Made by a program: the position numbers and the translations under genes. DNA of 64,000 nt from Phoronis australis (taxonomy: Eukaryota > Animalia > Phoronida), in NCBI GenBank assembly GCA_002633005.1, contig NMRA01000063.1, forward strand, positions 124,001 to 188,000. The letters run 5' to 3'. Of this stretch, positions 28,769 to 43,107 are shown piece by piece (positions within the stretch are counted from its first letter, which is position 1; each line of letters opens with the position of its first letter). The notes beneath the pieces are model-generated. The model was not told the DNA's origin and made no database searches. It saw only the letters and a program-made list of their open reading frames with translations.

Positions 28769-29019
28769 TTTCACATTTACTTATGGAATTCCCAGAGGAG
28801 ACACCACTCTCTTCCAATGAACAAATCCATTTCTAGTTAGTTAGAAGACAATGTACTTGCTAGAAATAAAAATGTGCATTACAGCAAGTGCCGCTAATGA
28901 ACAGTGACGAGGCTGTCACATTGTTCAGTTCGTGGCTTGTGCACAAGATTCACGATTATGTAGATTTAGAATATACAGAGTTGACTGTCTATGTACTGTT
29001 AGTCTAGGATGCCACTAAC

Positions 29020-29247
29020 CTATTTTTGAGGGGAACAAACACTCATCATCTAGTTGGTCTTGCACCCATGTCATCAAGTAGTCAATGTACTTAGGAGCTG
29101 AACATTTGATAGGTTTCTTGACTGTGTGACCGTCGGCCCAGTGATACTCATACTTAGGCCCTGCTGACATCACTGGGCATGTGTCCTCGCTACAGAACTC
29201 TGTAACCGTGCCATACAGCATGTTGATCTGGTTGAAGAAATCCACCG
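29020..29247 (-). CDS. MOB1: MOB1 coding exon 3
   Basis: ttgcAG / GTTAGT. 228 nt. (T)VDFFNQINMLYGTVTEFCSEDTCPVMSAGPKYEYHWADGHTVKKPIKCSAPKYIDYLMTWVQDQLDDECLFPSKI; phase-compatible with both neighbours. Confidence 0.97.
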
Positions 29248-29488
29248 CTGCAATAAACAAAAGCAAAGTTAGAACAATGCAATAACACCGCATTCCTATC
29301 AGGCACGCCAAGACTAGGGGACGACCCCTATTTTCAGATGTTCAAGTCAAATTGTTATTTACAAAATGTTTAATGGGCTCACTGCAGTATGGACTCATGG
29401 AGTAACAAATACAAAAAGCCATGTGCCAAAAACAGAAATATATTTCACAATTTCAGACGTTAATAAGTAAATAAGCACATACATTGGT

Positions 29489-32400
29489 CAGTGTTCTCCA
29501 CGACCACTTTTAACGTGTCGCAGCGTCCTGTTTGGCCGAGCGCGCGTCCTGTTTAAATGTCCCGCGTCATGTTTAAAAATCCAGCGTCCTGTTTAAAAAT
29601 CCCGCGACCAGTTTAAAAACATAGGGACTACTTTGTAAACAAGAGCAACGCAGAGCGTTGAAATGCACCCACAATTGCACCGTATACGGTATCCTTCTAG
29701 GGTTGTTTATTGGTACCATCAAGTGGCCAGTAGAGGGCATATATGTAGTATGTTGTACTTTGCAAAATGGAAAGGCATGGTCATTGTCTCCTCAATAGGC
29801 TAGGGGCAAAATGTGAGTGATCTTCATAATACAAGCACATCCTATACATTAGTTGCTTAAAGCACCACAGAAACATAGAATTAAAAATAAATTTACCAAA
29901 ATACGAGATTAGCACAGCATTAGAATGCCAGAAACAAATTTCTACTTGGAACTTTTCCTTCATAGTCACGAAGTAACACAAAGTATACACCTGAAGACCT
30001 ATGAAAATACAGAGGTCAATGTGAAATACTTAAATTGCCACTAGAGGCATACCGGTAGTCAGAATCATCCTAAAGTCGTCATGGCCCGTTGTCAACATCA
30101 CATAAATACACTTGCTAAATTTAGTAAAGATCCTACAAACGGTTTGGGAGATACAGCCATGGGCGCAAAAAAAACTGCCACTAGGAGGCGCCACAGTAAT
30201 CAAAGTCATGGGAAATTCAGCGTCAACCGTCCTCTTCATAGTAAGAACATGCCAATTTTCACAATCATACTTAGAGCGGTTTGGTTGATAGAGGGGTGGA
30301 CGCCAAAAAACAGACTCAAAAACAGTAAAAATGGCCAATGGGGGTCGCAAACTAGGTCGAATCCATACGAAAACGGGAGCATTGTGTCATCGCACTAATA
30401 GGTGCCTACATACCAAATTTCATGAAAATCCGTTAAGGACTTGTGACGATACAGAGGTAAACGTAAAAAAATAAAATTGCCACTAGGGGGCACACTGGTG
30501 GGAGGATCCGTCCAAAAGTCGTCATCGTCTATTGTTAACATCATATAATTACACTTATTAAATTTCGTAAAGATCCTGCGAACGGTTTAGGAGATACAGC
30601 CATAGGTGCAAAAAAAAAAACTGCCACTAGGAGGCGCCACAGTAACCAAATCGTCTGAAAATCATTGTCAGCTGTCTTCTTCATAGTAAGCACATACATG
30701 CCAATTTTCACAATCATCCTTTGAGCGGTTTGGTTGATAGAGGAGTGGACGCACAAAAACAGACTCGAAAACACTAAAAATGGCCACTAGGTGGTGCAAA
30801 CTATGTCGAATCCATCTGAAAACGGGAGGATAGCGTCATCTCACTAATAGGTGCCTACATACCAAATTTCATGAAAATCCGTTCGGGATTTTTGAAGATA
30901 CAAAAGCGTAAAAAACTAAAATTGCCACTAGGGGGCACACCGGTAGTCAAATCCGTCCGAAAGTCGTCATGTTCCGTTGTTAACATCATATAAATATACT
31001 TACACAATTTCGTAAAAATCCTGCTAACGGTTTAGGAGATACAGCCATAGGCAAAAAAAAACTGCCACTAGGAGGCGCCACAGTAGTCGAAATCGTCGGA
31101 AAATCATCGTCAACCGTCCTCTACATAGTAAGCATATACATCCCAATTTTCACAATCATCCTTTGAGCGGTTTGGTTGATAGAGGGGTTGACGCATAAAA
31201 ACAGACTCGAAAAAGCTAAAAATGGCCACTAGGTGGCGCAAACTATGTCGAATCCATCTGAAAACGGGAGGGGCACACTGGTAGTTGGATCCGTCCAAAA
31301 GTTCGCACATGCCGTCCCATTCATGAATGGAACATATGTGCCAAATTTCATGAACATGTGTCAAGGGTTTTGGAGATAGAGCAGCGGACGCCGAACGCCA
31401 GACGGACGCTGCCCGTACGGACGGACGAAGATGACGGCATAATGCGTCCACATATAAATATGTGGGCGCATAAAAAGGCGTCGTCGTCGTTAATAAGTTC
31501 TTCACTGGTTCAAATTACGCTTGACAGCAACTGGCCATAGCCCATTGAAACTGAATAAAGGCTAAGCCTAAGGAAGTCGGTGGTCCGTTGTGGACAGCCT
31601 AATCACCGGACTCACTCAAGCGGCAGACCAGGCAGCAAGTCTATTTATGATGTAACGCGGCGTGTAAATAATCTCTGGATTATCTTTTCAATTCATCGGG
31701 AACAACTAGTCAATGTAAACAAAGGCCCAATGCTTACGCCTAATCCACTACCTGCTCACTGGAGGTGCAGTCCGGCACGAAAGTCGCTGATCGTTGCGTT
31801 AGACCTTTTCGCTTTTGCAGTCACCTTTTTGTGTTCGGCGGGGAACTAATCATATTACCCATTGAAAATAAAATAATTAAGGCTCGGTGGTTAGTTCTGC
31901 GAAGTATACGTTGTCAGCAAAGACACCGTTGCGCAGCAGTTCATGCAACGGCCGTCTTCTGGGAGGCCAGAATTTTGGTTTTCGTAGCACATTTTTCAAT
32001 ATTCCGTGGGCCCCACAACAGACTTTACCAGTCTCAAAAACATTTGCATGAAACTGCCTTTGATGGTTCTCATTGGTTGTTGTTTGTGTATTTCTCACTT
32101 AGATGAATATTATTGGTTACTTTTTGTGACACCGGCCCATTGAGATTGACCGAGTTCATCTCGTTGCCTTATAAGGAGTTTCGTTGGCAGCATGAACATT
32201 ATGTTTGTGGCGCATACTCCCTCTAAAAATCTGCCGAGCCGTTCGCAAACTCAACTTTGATAGTGGCTGTGACGTTTGCGGTTTCAGGGGAGTATTCCGA
32301 GATTTGGGACAGCGGGTGACGTCACTGAGTAAAGTTCAAAGTATATGTGTTTCGCACTGAGAAATTGCAGCCAAAATCACGTGCTCTCATTGAAATCAAG

Positions 32401-33518
32401 CGGTAATATCTCGCGTAATCTCTTGTTTACCTAGCATGGTCCTTACGTTAGTGAATTCTATCCTGGCTTCCGTTACCAATTGACATGCGCATTCTACATA
32501 CTTAGAAATGTCGTCTGCCGCGCGAAAGCGAAGCACCGCTAAACCTAAGGATTATTTTAAAAACCGAGAGATGTTTCAGATACTGACGTTGACTCAGATG
32601 CAGATACGACAGATAATCCAGGGCCGGATGGTGGTGATATTACCCGGCTCGGTCAACGAATCGAAGATACCCGTGTCACAAACGGTGAACCGAATTTTTG
32701 CCGACGTCAGACATCGGCAATACAAATGAATACAATTCGCTCTAACACTAACATGAGAATAGATGGTTTTCATCTGGAAGAATGAGTTTGTGACAATCCA
32801 GAAAATTATGGGAATTCCATAGTTGCAAGCGTTTGATAATTCAGTTGATATCTTTTTAGAAATATTGGTTGTCATCAACAGGCCTGACACTCCCGTCCAA
32901 GTAGGCCTAGATGGAAAACGCAAGTGAATTGTTTTGTTTACCCTACCTAATTTGCATTCAAGGGGGACTCGTTTTTACAAGAGTTCTGGTAGTGCAGAAG
33001 TGCAATATGTTGTACCAGCTTCAGAACATCGAATTCAGACTGTAAGAATGTGCAAGATATTGTACAGACTGAGAGAAAACGTAAACTCTGCTATCAAGAT
33101 GTGACTGACTTAACAAAGACACTTCACTTGGACTGTCTACGTCATAGAAAAAGTTTACTTCTGTGTTAGACTTTTTGTACTTAGTTGACATTGACATCAT
33201 TATTGAGTAGCCCAAGACATTTCCCCATACTGTATCAAACACTCTGTAGACTTCCATTTCAAAGGCATTGACTAAGCAAATGAGTTATGACATATGTGAT
33301 ATGTTTGTAAATAAGTCCAACTTTTAAAAATAAAAAGTTGAATACACACAGTTATTTGTTTGCACTACTGTGCATTACTATTAAAATGAGTGGGTAAAAA
33401 TAAGGTGCACAAAAAACTGCACACTAGCTTATGGAGAACGTTGACCGCCGCGCGGTTCCGGCACGTTGCAGTTTTTATGCGTGCGACCTGTTTAGATTTT
33501 CAGATGTGGAGAACACTG
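29489..33518. mobile_element. hAT-like element with 5-bp TSD hosting HINE-like copy 2
   Basis: TIRs CAGTGTTCTCCAC / GTGGAGAACACTG and TSD TTGGT. Subterminal GCGTCCTGTTT repeats at 29520-29620. Confidence 0.78.
29638..31476. mobile_element. HINE-like element copy 2 with about three tandem 443-bp units
   Basis: Head AACAAGAGCAACGC; units start near 30038, 30480 and 30925; GACG/GGAC microsatellite near 31400; terminal hairpin ATGCGTCCACATATAAATATGTGGGCGCAT followed by AAAAA. Confidence 0.75.
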
Positions 33519-34211
33519 TTGGTGTTAAATGACCACGTACTGCTACACCCACCGCCAAACTTTTCAAGAATTTTCACCTTTGCATTCGGTTGAAAAAGCA
33601 TAGATATCTTGATTAATTTACTAGATTTAACAACCTTGGCATTAGCACGTGTGGGTCATTGTATTGTGGTGCAGCATCACTTCATTTGTTCACTAAAGAC
33701 TGCCATCTTCAGGTACAAATCACAATTACTGCCAGTGCCATATTCTGACAGCCATCTACTTACTCTCCTATCAAGACACTCAACACAATGTTAACTGGTC
33801 AGTTTAAAAAGTAAGACAAAAGTACAATAAATCTGAATTGCGAGAAAAAACCAAGGCCTCAATCTTACACAGATACAACAGAAATAATCTGTAAAATCCT
33901 TTATACCACCTATAAACATAACTTAAAAAACTTTCAAATCTCAGTGAATGATGATGATGACATAACACAACATACTTTTCTATTACTACACACTGAAGGT
34001 GTAATAATGGACGCACCACCAGCAATCAGTCTAGAGCTTTGCATCACAGTTCAATCAATATAGAACAGCATGTATGAAAACCCGGCACTCCAGCAGTAAC
34101 TGGTTTTCGCAGTAAAACGTCATTTCCAACATATCACACATAACGAGCAAGAAATGATTCACATTTATTGTACTTCGCATCAGAAATGTATAGCGCTATA
34201 CAAGAAATATA

Positions 34212-34672
34212 CCGTATTCGCCCTAATAAGCACCCGGCGCTAAGAAAAATTTGTTTCGGGGGCACTTATTGGAACCGAAGGTGGTTGAAACCAGGTCTCC
34301 GAAACAGGTGAAATTGGAAGCTAGGATACATAAAATTTACATTCTGTGACGTATCTTTAACCTATGACAGACTTTCTATAATGCTGGGGTGCACCCGGTG
34401 CACTGCTATCAAAGTTCATTGCACAGCAGAAGTTTGAAATGTATAACCAAGGCTAAATACCGACATGGCGGAGAAGCTGATGATCTAGAAATTCCAAGCA
34501 CAGTGATTTTTTCAGGACTGCCGGATCTCAATTGTTGATAAATTAAAGAGGTAACAGTAGAATTTCAAGACTGTAGGTAAGCAATTCTTGGACTGGGTGC
34601 TTGTTTCACCCAAGTCTGAAAACGCGTGGGGGGCGCTTACATGGGCATGGGCAGTTATTAAGGCGAATGCGG
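34212..34672. mobile_element. Tc1/mariner-pogo-type MITE
   Basis: TA|CCGTATTCGCCCTAATAA ... TTATTAAGGCGAATGCGG|TA. A related partial copy lies at about 6990-7146. Confidence 0.72.
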
Positions 34673-35384
34673 TACATAAAAAACTATTTTGGGTGTACAC
34701 AGGAACTTCAGGAAATCAAAACTTATAAAGACTGGTTAGACGTATACAGGCATTCACCATAAGAAATTCAGAAATGCACACAGATATGCAATTTGAAAAT
34801 TTCTGAATCAAAATAAAGCTTTTTTGGCATTCATTTTTGGGCAAAACAGCTGAAGGAGTACAATATTATGAGGAAATAAAATTGTTCACCAAATTCTAAC
34901 CCAGTTCCATGATGGCTCCTACTGTTTTGCAAGACATTTAGACATGTCTGGCATTCAAAAGTTTTTCAAAATCTTGTATACATGGGGCATGTGTTGAAGG
35001 AAGCATATGGCTACCTTAACAAACCATCAGAAAGGCTTATGTGGTTTCTGGTCCTAGACTATACTGTAAACAGAAGCAAGTCTTGTTGGATGAATCATTC
35101 AATAACACCAGGCAGTCTGCCTTGTTCAAGACAGACTGACATGCATGGTGTGCTGGCATTTGGTACAACAAATACTACTCACTGTATGCTTACATTTACT
35201 TTACATAATAAATAAGAATGTCCACACCATAAGGGAAAATAACTGCCAAACATCAGTTGGTGCTTGCTTTGGTTTCGGGGACAATACAACAATATTCAGA
35301 GAGCAACATACTTTTTGCATTGCTCGCACAAATCTAGGCAATTTCCTGTACTTTCTAAAATTGCATTCAGATATGCTCCTTTAC

Positions 35385-35936
35385 TGCACCTCCAAGACAC
35401 AAGAGTAGCACTTGCACCTCCAAGACACAAGAGTAGCACTTGCACCTCCAAGACACAAGAGTAGCACTTGCACCTCCAAGACACAAGAGTAGCACTTGCA
35501 CCTCCGAGACACAAGAGTAGCACTTGCACCTCCAAGACACAAGAGTAGCACTTGCACCTCCAAGACACAAGAGTAGCACTTGCACCTCCAAGACACAAGA
35601 GTAGCACTTGCACCTCCAAGACACAAGAGTAGCACTTGCACCTCCAAGACACAAGAGTAACACTTGCACCTCCAAGACACAAGAGTAGCACTTGCACCTC
35701 CAAGACACAAGAGTAACACTTGCACCTCTATGACACAAGAGTAACACTTGCACCTCCAAGACACAAGAGTAACACTTGCACCTCCATGACACAAGAGTAG
35801 CACTTGCACCTCCAAGACACAAGAGTAGCACTTGCACCTCCATGACACAAGAGTAACACTTGCACCTCCATGACACAAGAGTAACACTTGCACCTCCAAG
35901 ACACAAGAGTAACACTTGCACCTCTAAGACACAAGA
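35385..35936. repeat. 28-bp minisatellite, about 20 copies
   Basis: Unit GCACCTCCAAGACACAAGAGTAGCACTT. Confidence 0.97.
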
Positions 35937-38893
35937 CTCCAAAATGGTGTGCATGACATTGCTCATGACCCAAGTTAAACATCCAACATTGACAATTTCA
36001 GACCTACACTTAAAAACAATTGTCTCGATATGGAGAAAAAATTAGATAAAGTCAACATTAAGACTGAAATGGTTCCCAAAGATTGATCACAGGCACAAGA
36101 TTTGAAGTTTATTTGTGGAACTTATAATAATTTCTTCAAAATTAACCAAACCAATCTAAATTTGTCTCTGGTGACGTTACCCTCACAGTATTTGCAATGA
36201 ACAAGAGGCAGCACTAGACTAGACATTGAAAACGGCATTGAGTTCACCACAGCATTGTGGGTAACACGTAAGATTCAGAGAGAAAGCTACCAAGTAAAGG
36301 GTTTTGTCTAAAGCATTTTACATGAAGTGGTACTACACAATTTGGACACACTGAATAAATAACGCCACAGACAGAGAGATTATAATCAGAACAATTAGAG
36401 GACTACAACTTAGCTACCTGCAACTGGAGTGACATCTTACAACAAATTGGTCACCTGTAGTGACATGCTTTGTTGCCCATGTCAAAGTACCTCTTACAAA
36501 CAAACAACAATGAAATGCACTTAAAAGGTTCCTGAAGTACAATAACATGCATTTTTAAAGTAATTTAATTTATGAATAAAGTCTATATCAGAAATCACAT
36601 CTTTGTCATTTTCTCATTTTTGTAAAAAAAGCGTTTTTCCAATGTTAATTCCTATTGGCTAATGCGCGTCTGACGTCACTGAGGCTGTACGGTGGGTGAA
36701 GGCAATCAGATAAATTAAGCTTATTACGTATATAGCTCATTGGGTGAATGCCTCTAAGCTACAGAACTGTGCTTAATGTGTATAATTCGTCTGCGATCTT
36801 GGCTCTCAAAAGTTCATAATACCTGCAATGCAGTGTTGACTATTAGTGGAACGATGCCGTTCTCGGCACCGGCCAGGAAAGGACCCCCGACTGTGCATAG
36901 GCGGTGGGCCAGAATTTGTTGGGCTTCTAGAAAATGGTTTTTGTGAGTACTATAGGGGGGCAATTTTATTTTGGTGTTTTTTAATTCATTTACTAGAGTG
37001 TTTTCAAAATCTAAAAAGTTCCCACATATAAAGTTGCACATTTTTGAGAAATTTGAGTTCGAAGTTGCATAATAACCACAATAGAGCTTAGAGAACTTAT
37101 ATTTGTAAAAACAACAGTATTTGCTATCTTTTTTGTAAAACAAGTATTATGGGCCCATCTATGTCATTGTATTGAACAATAATACACTCACATTACATAT
37201 TTTACTATTGTAGACTAATTGTAAACAGTGAAATTTAAAACATGTAAAGTGACACCTAGTGGCAGATATGCAAACTAAGTCTAAATGTTACTAGGAGGTT
37301 ATTCTGGCATTGTGTGGCAACAAAAATAACACAAAACACTTGAGACTAGGCAAATTTGTATCTCAATGACTGAACCATTGACTAATTGTGTAACATGTAG
37401 CTTGTTTGCATAATACACCAGAAATACGTTATAGTACAAATACAATATAGTTGAAAGATCTCAGTGAATGTGCACACAAACTGTATGAAAATAATAGATT
37501 ATTCTGACGGCGTTTAGCAAGCAGTATGAGACAAATACATGACAATGATCAAAGTACGTACTTTTTATCACAAATAAAATTCACTTTTTAATACAAAAAA
37601 CACATGAAGTAACGGGGTTGGAAGTCTATTTCTGATTGACTTGTCAAAGAACTATCCAATGTCACGCATTGATGTTATTACAGTTGTCACAGCTGCACAT
37701 TTCTGTACAGTTTGATTCAGCACTGCAGCACAAACTCAGTTCTTTTTGCACTTGAAGCATTCATCATTTAGTAATGTCAATGGAGCTTTGGGCATTGCCA
37801 TACACCGCCAAGGAGCCAACTATGGTCAATTAGAGAGGGCACAGCACTGCACACTAGTGAGTGGCCCGCATGCAATGAAGGGTCAAACACTAAGTCCTTG
37901 TTAGGAGGTGGGCAGGATTTGGGCAAACGTTTGATTCAAAATATGCTATAATGGGCTGTGTTAATTAGAGTCAACAAGTGAATTATTGAACAGTAACCTC
38001 AACTCACTTTCATATCTCTTAGTCAGGCACAAACTACAACAGTGAGTAGCTTCAACAGTCGTTTCTTAAGACTGCCTGTCCAAATAACTTCATGCACACC
38101 AGCTTTCTGAAGAACAGCTCCAAAGTCTTGCTTTAGTTTTGAAAGGCAAATGACATCTCCATGTGTTAGAAGCTTTGATTCAATAAACTCCAAACAAAAC
38201 TATAGAAAAACATCTCTGAAAACTGTGGATTCGTCACTCTTCACAATCTTTGTCTTTCTATTTTTTATAGCATGATGATCTGTGGTACTTGGCTTCTAAC
38301 ACACAAGGTCTTTATCTTTGAATTTCATTTGCATAGTCAGGGCTCTGGACTGAGCTGTTGCTTACAATACAAGTCCCACTGAAAAAACCTGAACTGTTAA
38401 CTCTAATTTAACATTTAACTATGAGTGAGTTGGCATGCAAATTTTTCAGATGGACTTATCAGGAACTGATCCACCACCAGCCTAACAAATTTACATGCCG
38501 TCTGATCTGTTGCCTAAAAATGTTGATCGTCTAATAATTAGATCAGTTGATGCAACTGAATATAAATAAGCTGATATACCAGTGCAGTAATTGAAATTTA
38601 ATTTTTTAAATCAGATTCTCAAACCATAGTCAATAGATTTACACTTAAGGTAATCAACGTTTGACGAAATGGACAGTGGCTTCCACTACCCTCAAATTAC
38701 GACGGGGACGCTGGCCACTTAGGCACTTTTATTAATTTAATTACCATTGCAGCTACCTAAGTAGTTAATGTTGACAAAAAATTGAGAAGAGGTTCCCCCT
38801 ATCCCAGGACTATGGCAGGGGATGACGGCCACTTGGGCATGTTGATTGCAACCATCTACTCCATTTAAACTTCTCAAAATTTTTTGACTTAAA

Positions 38894-39179
38894 GTGCTTG
38901 AAGTCATAGCCACAGTATAACACCATATGATTATGCTCTGGTGCTTGAAGTCACACCCACAGTATAACGCCATATGATTATGCTCTGGTGCTTGAAGTCA
39001 CAGCCACAGTATAACGCCATATGATTATGCTCTGGTGCTTGAAGTCACAGCCACAGTATAACACCATATGATTATGCTCTGGTGCTTGAAGTCACAGCCA
39101 CAGTATAACGCCATATGATTATGCTCTGGTGCTTGAAGTCACACCCACAGTATAACACCTTATGATTATGCTCTGGTGC
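38894..39179. repeat. 47-bp minisatellite, 6 copies
   Basis: Unit GTGCTTGAAGTCACAGCCACAGTATAACGCCATATGATTATGCTCTG. Confidence 0.95.
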
Positions 39180-41687
39180 AAGCAGTGTCAATGTGGCAAC
39201 TGAACAAGGGAGAGTTAAAAAAACAGGATTGCAGGAGTATTTGTTTTAACTGGGAACAAATGAAAACATTAATGGCCTCCTCAGAGGCATCCCTCTACGC
39301 GGTACTTCGAAACTTATAGCAACATGACTTATGGTTTAAGCAGTGTGATGCATAATTTGCCGAAAAGCATCCGACATATGGAGTACCTATGGTATGATCA
39401 CCGTCTCTACTGGGTCAGCGGAATTGTCTAAGGCCTATAGGCAGCCAAGGGGCTGAACAAGTTAAAAAACAACTGGTGATAACACTGAAACACACATGGA
39501 AAACACCAAGATGTATCTTTCAAAAACACGTACCTGTTTTTCAAAGCTATAAAGTTGTTACTTCTTTCGCTTTCTTGAAATGTGTCCATAATATACTTTT
39601 CCTGCTAACAAATGATGCACTCATGTTTCAGAATGTTCCTACCTTGTCAGGTTAATTGGATGTTTCAGATTTTGGAACTCTAATTGATTTTCTTGGGAAA
39701 TTTTGGGTAACATCTGTATCAATTTCAGCAGCTTCAGCTTTAGTACTACTGCTGGTGTGCTGAAACAATGCTATGCCTTTCTATGTCCTTTCAATTTTTG
39801 GTCTGACACTTGGTCTTCTACAGCAATATACTATAGCAGGACATGCAGCTGTTTTCTGCACAAACGTTTGTGACACCTATTCTTTGATCTACTGATCTAC
39901 AGAGTTCCACAGTCCATCAGCTTTCATCAGGATGCTTCTCTACGCTTCTTCAGGTTCTGGCATCACAATTTTGTGCTGTTTGATAAACCTTGAATTATAC
40001 AGGCATCACACTCCATGGGAGCTGCCATATTGAAGTAACTAAGCACAATACAATCTGGCTCTCTGATTGGTCAATTCAATAGAAAAGCGCCACCATCTGG
40101 CAGGAATGTGCATAATATTTCGTGCAACAAAAACGCCTGTTTTTAAAAAATGTGCAAGTGTAGACGTGGGAACTTTTAGAATTTGATTTATAGGTATATT
40201 ATCTAGCCACATAGGAAAACTAGGTAGCCCCCCCAAAGTACTCAAAAGGATGAACGCTATGAGATCTGGCCCACCAACTAGTAGCCCTGCCTTGGCGCAA
40301 GCTGTATACTACATATAAAATACACAGCGGAAATTGCACCGACGTAGGTTAAAACTGATCAAATAAAATCTGACATAAAATTAGTGTCATTAAAAATTAC
40401 GCTCTTCCTTGAGTAAACTAAATTATTTACTGGTGTTGAAAAAAAACAGCGTTCTGCCCGGCGTTCACCCTGCTGCTAAAATTTGGGTGCACTCTTTAAG
40501 GTCGGCTTTCGGTGACGTCACCTGTTGCCTTATTGGCCAGTTTTGTTCCCCGAGTTGTTCCTGTTCCAAGCTAGTTCCAAGCGATCGAACTGTTCTTCAA
40601 AGTTGTGTATCAGAGTCAATTTCATTTCCCTACAAGTTTTTAGTATTTTAATACCAGGAAATCAAATTTCATAAAAAAGTTTGCTCCTGCGAAGCTGTAA
40701 TCATCTCTCGACAGATGTCGCAAAATTTTATTAAATAGCACGTGTTTAGTGTACTGTTTTCTTTGTTACAAAAGGCTGAGAATTATGAAATTAAATAACG
40801 TTTACTACATTGTTTTTCACTTAAACGGCTCCAGCGGGCAAGGTGAGCGTCGCTTGACGCCCAAATATTTGCAGGCTCCCCTGCCAGTTTATAGCTCTAC
40901 ATGTTGATAAAAGTTTGGAGACAAGGTGACGAGCAGAACTACCCGGGCTATGTGAAACTTCAGAGTCTAACGGAGCTCAACACACAGTGCTACTGGTACC
41001 TAGTAGTATTTTGAAGATAGTATTCACACAGCTAGCTGGCTGGCTAGGCCCCGGGATGACTCAAACCACGGAAAAGAAAAATGAAAAAGGTTGTGAGTAT
41101 GCACATGTTGATGTAGACTGGACTACGTACTCGCATGGCTAATGACCTATATCTCTTTGTGCTGTGCAGCCTCAGTGACGTCACAAAAAAGCTCTTGCAG
41201 TGAGGCTTTATGGAACTAATAAATTTTTACTTTTCAAAGTAAAAAAGAAAAATACTCTGCACTATTTAGGAATATGTGGATGCCAGTAACCAACCTTTAT
41301 ACTTTCAAAATTAAAATTAAAACGCTGAATCATGTAGTTCAGGCCTCTTTTAACTTTAGCTAGTACCTCCAGGGTGCTTAAGATACTACATCTTGGTAGA
41401 GGCTTGCAGATTTCAAACTAAACAAAAGCCTACGACTTATCAAAAGAAAGCCTTACTTTGGAACATACCTTCAGCAGTAAACTTTAGTGAACTCAAAATT
41501 CACTTGGGTGCCTGAACATTCCCTCATTCAAATATGAACCTTCTGCAGGTGAACAACTTCCCATTCTCTCTTCGAATTTAATCCAAACGGCACCTTTTAT
41601 CAGCAGCACCACCCACAATGAGAAATGGGCCTCGTGTTGAACTATAAGGAGACCCAAACTGACACAACATTTAACCCGTCTACTCAC

Positions 41688-41854
41688 TATTGACTGCCAC
41701 CCACTCATTGAGATCTTCGCCCTCAGGCAGGACTACAGCGAGCCGAAGGTTCCCACTGCCGAGGGTGGCCGCGGCGTGTTTCATCAGGTCATACTGATGC
41801 GTGCCCTCTGGAATGTTCTTCTTCGGTTTGAATGTCTTGTTGTTGCGGCTTCCA
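41688..41854 (-). CDS. MOB1: MOB1 coding exon 2
   Basis: ttttcAG / GTGAGT on the - strand. 167 nt. GSRNNKTFKPKKNIPEGTHQYDLMKHAAATLGSGNLRLAVVLPEGEDLNEWVAVN. Confidence 0.97.
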
Positions 41855-43107
41855 CTGAAAAACCACAGCGGCATACAGTTAGTCATGATGCACCGACACC
41901 AGTGACAGAGTACATAGGCCAGTACACAATTCTCACGCTATCTCACTCATTCCCTGCATGTGCCAAACTTGTAGACCAATAATGAAAAAGAAAAGAATCA
42001 GGCAACTCAGCCAGTCAGCATGAACACTGCTTCAGTAGTAACATGACTAAGGAAGTCTATAGAATGTCCCAGTTGCTACTGCAAATGAATCAATACTGAT
42101 CAGCTTACAAGTAGTGCATCGTCAATTCATTACGACATCACAATCACACACCAGAGAATTACTTTACCCCAAATGCAGTTTAGTTCGTATGGAGAAACAT
42201 GCAAGCACATTGACATCCATCGTAGGGGTTGTGACATACAACTAGCCAATCAATGAAAATGACGACAGTGATCAGAAGAGAAACCAGAAACCAGACCGTG
42301 CAAAAAGCCAATGCTTGCCAAAGCTATGACGCGCCTCAAGTGTGGCAGGATTTCCCTGATCTGTGGAAGTGAGATAAGCTTAATGGCACTTGTGATTGAT
42401 GAAGGTCAACCCCAAACATATTATTAGAGGAACTGGTGTTTCTGGCCAATGAAACAAAAACTAACTTCAGTTTCCAAAGCCAGCTAGACCAGCTCAGCTT
42501 CTAGGTACTTTCAGCATTAACACTATCACTAACAACTTGAATATTCACGAACAAAAACTGAGGCAACAGACAGAATGAAGCAAAGAAGCATAATTGGTTT
42601 TAGTAACATTGATCATAGTCATTCATTAACAAATGCAACAAAGGTAAAAACCAAAAAGTCACAAAAAGCTCAACAGAACACACAAAGCAGTTGAAAGGTG
42701 ATCTGACAAGTGATCCCTTACAGAGGCCAGAATTGAAACTAAGTCCAGCAAGATGGACATGATAAACAAATTAACCAAATTCTCATCAGAAGGTGAAACA
42801 CTTCAAGGGTAAAGATAGCAACAAAAACAGAAGAAACACATGAAAAAACATAGCTAGTTAAGTCATGAAAACAAAATGATTCTTTCAGCATATTTCAAAG
42901 CCACAGATAATAAATGAGATAGGATGTAATCAGTGATCACTTCAGATGAGCCTCCTGATACAAGTACGAGGATGGATACATTGTTCGAACCAGTCTCCTC
43001 CACTAAATAACGGACATCAAACTGGTTCTCAAAATTCGGGCACCACCTCATATCTGACCACTGCCCAACCACACTGAACTGTACGACTCTTTAAACAGAC
43101 AATATTT

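Noticed and set aside
32508-33020. MSSAARKR... ORF with adjacent acidic reading frame as a transposase start
   Set aside because: Frameshifted, with no recognisable domain motif.
35296-35982. Long Cys-rich ORFs of 135-199 aa in all three - strand frames
   Set aside because: Artefact of a stop-free 28-bp minisatellite; no splice context or unique sequence.
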